A stretch of DNA of 31,526 nucleotides, from IMG/VR virus record IMGVR_UViG_3300049828_000008, positions 1 to 31,526 of that record. One strand, 5' to 3'. The notes below the pieces were generated by a model that did not search any database, was not told the DNA's origin, and saw only the letters and a program-made list of their open reading frames with translations. The stretch is from a virus. Its lineage: Duplodnaviria; Caudoviricetes. The translations under genes were made by a program, and so were the position numbers. This document shows positions 27,311-31,526 of this stretch, in pieces (position 1 is the stretch's first letter; each line of letters begins with the position of its first letter).

Positions 27311-27543
27311 AATTCCGCGAACTACGTTCTAAATTGAACGAAGACAAGGCACTCAAGGACGAAACAATTCCTGCGCCTATGCTCGTTTTGCGTCGGCGTG
27401 GTATCCGCATTTTCCCAGACGGAAAGCATGTTGCACTTTACACTAATGATAAATACAACTTGGTATTTACGGTTCCTTACGGTGGTTCTGCCGGTAATTC
27501 GGATATGAGCGCACCGATTACAGGGTTTCCTACGAATGGATAA
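27307..27543 (+). CDS. Small conserved head-module protein with capsid-targeting-like leader
   Basis: ATGA overlap; N-terminus MKFRELRSKLNE; core P.MLVLRRRGIRIFPDG..VALY..DK...F.VPY. Confidence 0.7.
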   Translation: MKFRELRSKLNEDKALKDETIPAPMLVLRRRGIRIFPDGKHVALYTNDKYNLVFTVPYGGSAGNSDMSAPITGFPTNG

Positions 27544-27862
27544 TCTTCTAGATATTCTAGACCAGATTGCGGAAGCCAAGTTGACTGCATACAGAGTGTT
27601 TGTAGCAACTGCATTGGATGAGGCTAATTTTAGAATCGTAAAGGCGCGTGTGCGCGGTGGTAAGATTCAGCGAAAGCGCAAAGTTTCTACTCGCCCCGGC
27701 TATACGATTCGCGGCGGAAAATTGGTTCGTATGTCCTCTTCTGAACGGCAACGTCGAAAGAGAGGCGCACGAAAAGGTAAAACGAAGCGCAAGGCAAAAA
27801 TGGCTCGCGCAATGATGAAGCGTAAAAGATCACTTAGAAAGAGACAGTCCCTAGGGGTATAA
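27536..27862 (+). CDS. gp68: Prohead core protein, gp68-like
   Basis: Acidic N-terminus then extremely Arg/Lys-rich C-terminus (MKRKRSLRKRQSLG); directly before gene 21. Confidence 0.78.
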   Translation: MDNLLDILDQIAEAKLTAYRVFVATALDEANFRIVKARVRGGKIQRKRKVSTRPGYTIRGGKLVRMSSSERQRRKRGARKGKTKRKAKMARAMMKRKRSLRKRQSLGV

Positions 27863-27865
27863 CAG

Positions 27866-28510
27866 ATGAAACTCATTACAGAAACACTACAGGATGTAAA
27901 GGTACTCACCGAAGAAAAGAATGGTGTCAAAAACCTATACATCACTGGTCCGTTCCTTGTGGGCGAGCAGAAGAACCGCAATGGGCGTGTCTATTCCAAG
28001 TCCATTTTAGAGCGCGAAGTTCGTCGCTACAATGAAGAGTATATCTCTAAGAATAGAGCATTCGGTGAGTTGGGGCATCCTGACTCTCCATCAATCAATC
28101 TGGATCGTGTTTCCCACCTGATCGTAAATCTACGGCAGGAAGGTTCCACGTTCTACGGTAAGGCTAAAATCCTTGAAACTCCTTATGGCAAGACTGCTAA
28201 GGGACTTCTGGATGGTGGCGCAAACCTAGGCGTGTCTTCACGCGGCATGGGTTCCCTCAAGGAAGTCAATGGCGTGAACATGGTCCAAGATGACTACTAT
28301 CTCGCTACAGCAGCAGATATTGTGGCTGACCCGTCCGCACCCGGTGCCTTTGTTCAAGGCATTATGGAAGGTAAGGAATGGGTCTGGGACAATGGAATCG
28401 TCCGTGAGGTCGATGTTGTCCAAATGTATGATGAAATCAAGAACGCAAGGTCTAGACAAGTCGAAGATATCTCCTTGAGAATCTTCCAGAATTTCTTGTC
28501 AAAACTTTAA
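27866..28510 (+). CDS. gp21: Prohead protease gp21
   Basis: MKLITE, KNRNGRVY, AFGELGHP, INLDRVSH, LGVSSRGMGSL, DIVADPSAP. Confidence 0.97.
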   Translation: MKLITETLQDVKVLTEEKNGVKNLYITGPFLVGEQKNRNGRVYSKSILEREVRRYNEEYISKNRAFGELGHPDSPSINLDRVSHLIVNLRQEGSTFYGKAKILETPYGKTAKGLLDGGANLGVSSRGMGSLKEVNGVNMVQDDYYLATAADIVADPSAPGAFVQGIMEGKEWVWDNGIVREVDVVQMYDEIKNARSRQVEDISLRIFQNFLSKL

Positions 28511-28514
28511 CTTT

Positions 28515-28522
28515 ACTAAATA
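28515..28522 (+). promoter_or_regulatory. Late promoter ACTAAATA upstream of gene 22
   Basis: Intergenic consensus match; SD AGGAG at 28535-28539. Confidence 0.72.
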
Positions 28523-28545
28523 AACGTACCTAACAGGAGTTAGAC

Positions 28546-29787
28546 ATGAAAAAGTCCCTATCTGAATCTGCTGCCGAAATTCTCGCAACGTCCCTTGGCT
28601 CTGCCAAGAAGGATGCTATGCCTGTCGGTCCCGGCGCGGGTGCCGAAGACCTAGGTGGCGAAACGCCAACCACCCCACCTGAAACTCAGGGTCCAAAGGT
28701 TTCCGCTAAAGCTAAAGAAGCCGTCACTCCGAAGGAAGGACAACCTCTAGCTGCTAAGGCTGTTAAGGAAGAAGAGTCTATTGAAGACGAAGAGCTTCCA
28801 GAACTGACCGAAGAAGAAATGGATGCGTTCCTCGATTCGCTATCGGAAGAAGAACTTGCTGAACTAGCATCTCTCGTAGAAGAGGATGACGAGGAAGGCG
28901 AAGTCGTTTCCGAAGAAAAGTGCGAAGACGACGAAGACGACGAAGACGAAGACGAAGACGAAGATGACGACAAGAAGGAAGTTAAGGAAGAATCCGAGAC
29001 TCCTGAGTTGACGGCTGAAGAAGTCGCAGCGGCTCGTACTGAAGCTCTCAAGGCTCTCGTTTCCGAGAACATGGGTTCTTGTAAGGATGATATCGACGCG
29101 CTATTCAATGGCGAAGAGCTATCAGAAGAATTCAAGACCAAAGCAACGACCATTTTCGAAGCGGCTGTCCGCGCTCGCGTTGAAGCGATTGTCGAAAAGG
29201 TTGCGGCTGAGAACGAAGAAATTATGGAATCCACCGTATCTGAACTTGAAGATCAGATGACGACACAGGTTGACGAATATCTCAACTACGTAGTCGAGCA
29301 GTGGATGGAAGACAACAAGCTTGAAATTGAGTCCGGTCTGCGCACTGAAATTGCAGAAGACTTCATGGTTGGGCTAAAGAACCTCTTCACGGAACACTAC
29401 ATTGAAGTTCCAGAAGAGAAGACTGACCTCCTTGAAGAGCTTGCAGCACAGGTTGCAGCCGCACAAGAACAGCTTGTTGAAGCAACAGAACAGAACACCA
29501 AACTAGTCAAGGCACTTGCTGAGTCAAAGTCTCAGGAAGTTCTTCGCAAGATTTGCGAAGGCTTGACCGAAGTTCAGGTCGAAAAGATTAAGTCGCTCGC
29601 AGAGGGCGTAGAGTTCACCACAGAGGGTGAGTATTCGCAGAAGCTCGCAGTGATTCGCGAGAATTACTTCCCATCAGGTAAGAAGGTCAGTGAAGGACCA
29701 CAGGCTCTTGTAGAGACTGAAGCCAAGGAAGTAAGTTCCACAATGGATCGTTATGTATCAGCAATCAGTAAGTTAGCTTCTAAGTAA
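28546..29787 (+). CDS. gp22: Prohead core scaffold protein gp22
   Basis: LSEEFK.KA.TIFEAAV, VDEYLNYVVEQWM..N, GLK.LF.EHYI.VPEEK, IRENYF, MDRYV.AI. Confidence 0.95.
   Translation: MKKSLSESAAEILATSLGSAKKDAMPVGPGAGAEDLGGETPTTPPETQGPKVSAKAKEAVTPKEGQPLAAKAVKEEESIEDEELPELTEEEMDAFLDSLSEEELAELASLVEEDDEEGEVVSEEKCEDDEDDEDEDEDEDDDKKEVKEESETPELTAEEVAAARTEALKALVSENMGSCKDDIDALFNGEELSEEFKTKATTIFEAAVRARVEAIVEKVAAENEEIMESTVSELEDQMTTQVDEYLNYVVEQWMEDNKLEIESGLRTEIAEDFMVGLKNLFTEHYIEVPEEKTDLLEELAAQVAAAQEQLVEATEQNTKLVKALAESKSQEVLRKICEGLTEVQVEKIKSLAEGVEFTTEGEYSQKLAVIRENYFPSGKKVSEGPQALVETEAKEVSSTMDRYVSAISKLASK
28924..28971 (+). repeat. GAA/GAC codon microsatellite encoding a 16-residue Asp/Glu tract
   Basis: gaagacgacgaagacgacgaagacgaagacgaagacgaagatgacgac. 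Confidence 0.85.
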
Positions 29788-29821
29788 GCGAACTTCATAA
29801 ACCTCTAATCGGAGAAACCAA

Positions 29822-31195
29822 ATGTATCTATCAGAAACTTTCGTAGCTAAGTGGGCACCGGTCCTAGACCACCCAGATATGGCTGCAATCAAAGACCCAT
29901 ATCGTAAGGCTGTCACCGCAGTTATTCTTGAGAACCAAGAAAAGGCTATGCGTGAAGAAGCAAACGCATATGGCAACATGTTCGAAGCAGTTCCTAACTC
30001 AGTTGGCGGCGGTATGTCCCCTGTAGTTGGTGGCGAAACAAACATCAAGGGTTTCGACCCTATTCTCATCGGTCTGGTACGTCGCGCACTACCTAACCTG
30101 ATGGCATATGACGTTTGCGGCGTTCAGCCAATGACCGGTCCTACCGGACTGATCTTCGCAATGCAGGCTAAGTATGCTAACACTGGTAACGGCTCCCTAA
30201 CGGGTGCTTCTACACCAGAAGCATTCTACAATGAAGCTAACACCGCATGGTCTGGTACGGGCGCACACTCGACCACTATGCTCGGTTCGGCAGCATTGGG
30301 TAGCTTGAATGGCGCAGGTCCACAGGCTAACGTAGTATTGGCTAACACCGGTACTGGCATGGCAACGGCAACGGGCGAAGACCTCGGCACCGGTATGGCT
30401 CAGATGGGTTTCACCATTGAGCGTATCTCGGTTGTTGCTAAGACTCGCGCTTTGAAGGCTGAGTACACGCTTGAACTCGCACAGGACTTGAAGGCAATTC
30501 ACGGTCTTGACGCAGAAGCAGAACTCAGCAACATCCTCTCGACTGAAATCCTCGCGGAAATCAATCGTGAAGTTGTTCGCACGATCTACGCTATCGCAAA
30601 CATCGGCTACCTCGGCGTGTCCACGAACACCTTCAACCTCAACTCAGCATCGGATACCTCCGGTCGTTGGGCAGTTGAAAAGTTCAAGGGTCTGCTCTTC
30701 GCAATCGAACGCGCAAGCAACAAGATTGCAAAAGACACTCGCCGTGGCAAGGGTAACATCCTTATCGTCAGCACGGACGTTGCATCGGCTCTGTCGATGA
30801 CCGGTCTGCTTGACTATCAGGGTGCGTTGACCAACAACACCAACCTCGCGGTTGATGACACTGGCAACACCTTCGCAGGAACGCTATTCGGTCGCCTCAA
30901 GGTCTACGTTGACCCATATTCGATCACCGGATCGGATTTCGTCATCGTCGGTTACAAGGGACCAACCCCATATGACGCAGGACTCTTCTACTGCCCATAC
31001 GTTCCTCTACAGATGGTTCGCGCTATCAATCCTGATACGTTCCAGCCTAAGATTGGTTTCAAGACTCGCTACGGCTTGGTCCAGAACCCATTCGGCAACT
31101 CGCAGCAGGGTGCAGAAACGACCGTTTCCGGTACGTTGACGAACCACACCAACACTTACTACCGTAAGTTTGCTGTAACCAACCTGATCGGCTAA
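29822..31195 (+). CDS. gp23: Major capsid protein gp23
   Basis: KWAPVL, LENQE, FDPILI.LVRR, GVQPMTGPTGLIFAM, RALKAEYTLELAQDLKAIHGLDAE, YCPYVPL, FQPKIGFKTRYG. Confidence 0.98.
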   Translation: MYLSETFVAKWAPVLDHPDMAAIKDPYRKAVTAVILENQEKAMREEANAYGNMFEAVPNSVGGGMSPVVGGETNIKGFDPILIGLVRRALPNLMAYDVCGVQPMTGPTGLIFAMQAKYANTGNGSLTGASTPEAFYNEANTAWSGTGAHSTTMLGSAALGSLNGAGPQANVVLANTGTGMATATGEDLGTGMAQMGFTIERISVVAKTRALKAEYTLELAQDLKAIHGLDAEAELSNILSTEILAEINREVVRTIYAIANIGYLGVSTNTFNLNSASDTSGRWAVEKFKGLLFAIERASNKIAKDTRRGKGNILIVSTDVASALSMTGLLDYQGALTNNTNLAVDDTGNTFAGTLFGRLKVYVDPYSITGSDFVIVGYKGPTPYDAGLFYCPYVPLQMVRAINPDTFQPKIGFKTRYGLVQNPFGNSQQGAETTVSGTLTNHTNTYYRKFAVTNLIG

Positions 31196-31245
31196 TAACT
31201 GATCTGAGCTAAGAAGATAAAATAGGTCGCAAGACCGAGTGACTC

Positions 31246-31273
31246 AGGGGGAGCGGAAACGCTCCCCCTTTTT
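31246..31273 (+). terminator. Rho-independent terminator after gene 23
   Basis: AGGGGGAGCG-GAAA-CGCTCCCCCT perfect 10-bp stem, GNRA loop, T-run. Confidence 0.93.
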
Positions 31274-31279
31274 ATTATT

Positions 31280-31287
31280 CCTAAATA
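31280..31287 (+). promoter_or_regulatory. Late promoter CCTAAATA downstream of the terminator
   Basis: Consensus match restarting transcription directly after the terminator. Confidence 0.7.
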
Positions 31288-31319
31288 GGGTATGGTCCCA
31301 ACCCAAATGAGGCATGTTC

Positions 31320-31526
31320 ATGGCAAACACTAAGATTACAGTCACCTTCACGAAAGATGACAATACTTTCAACACGTATGAACACACGTTCAATAACGGT
31401 GATGATCCATTAAACCGCATCATCAACGCACATCAAGTCATTTACGGAACCACAGATGAATTTGGTGTATTCACAAATGCATCTAACAATGAAGCTCGCA
31501 GAAAGATGGTCAAGTGGGCAATCGAC
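31320..31526 (+). CDS. Hypothetical late protein, 3'-truncated by the window edge (not in the ORF track)
   Basis: SD GAGG at 31309-31312, ATG 31320, 69 open codons: MANTKITVTFTKDDNTFNTYEHTFNNGDDPLNRIINAHQVIYG...KWAID. Confidence 0.7.
   Translation, partial: MANTKITVTFTKDDNTFNTYEHTFNNGDDPLNRIINAHQVIYGTTDEFGVFTNASNNEARRKMVKWAID

Noticed and set aside
5956-27455. Intragenic TAAATA matches at 5956, 21108, 26956 and 27448, and near-match TATAAATG at 27302
   Set aside because: They lie inside coding sequence and a few chance hits are expected in 31 kb. 27448 could serve gp68 but cannot be supported from sequence alone.
28686-29234. 182-aa minus-strand poly-Ser ORF
   Set aside because: Antisense shadow of the Glu/Asp-rich gp22 codons.
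31196-31260. Hammerhead ribozyme or tRNA after gene 23
   Set aside because: No CUGANGA core in the right context and no cloverleaf or T-loop motif.
365-31426. Remaining short minus-strand and alternate-frame ORFs in the track (e.g. 7738-8271, 26079-26549, 31244-31426)
   Set aside because: All overlap well-supported + strand genes, show no recognisable motifs, and are expected from codon bias and repeats.

Overview
Late (virion structural) region of a T4-like myophage, with every real gene on the + strand. From left to right: a 5'-truncated VrlC/DUF4815-like structural protein and its small conserved neighbour; a ~13.7 kb accessory block (2843-16497) of five 'collagen-like fibre + partner protein' pairs with one adaptor gene; then the T4 core order 13-14-15-16-17-18-19-20-67-68-21-22-23. 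A freestanding GIY-YIG homing endonuclease and a 78-aa ORF lie between 67 and 68. A strong terminator and the start of one more late gene close the window. Ten N[A/C]TAAATA late-promoter boxes sit at gene junctions. The most notable observations are: (1) a fibre-tip/partner pairing pattern, including a triple 15-aa repeat that is N-terminal in one partner and C-terminal in another; (2) a gp67 extended into an apparent polyprotein punctuated by prohead-protease-like sites; (3) a splicing-incompetent Hint domain on a putative adhesin; (4) enrichment of Ala-Asn(-Thr) in outward-facing virion proteins. All family assignments come from motif recognition and gene order by eye, with no database searches. 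Host and exact taxonomy cannot be determined from this window.
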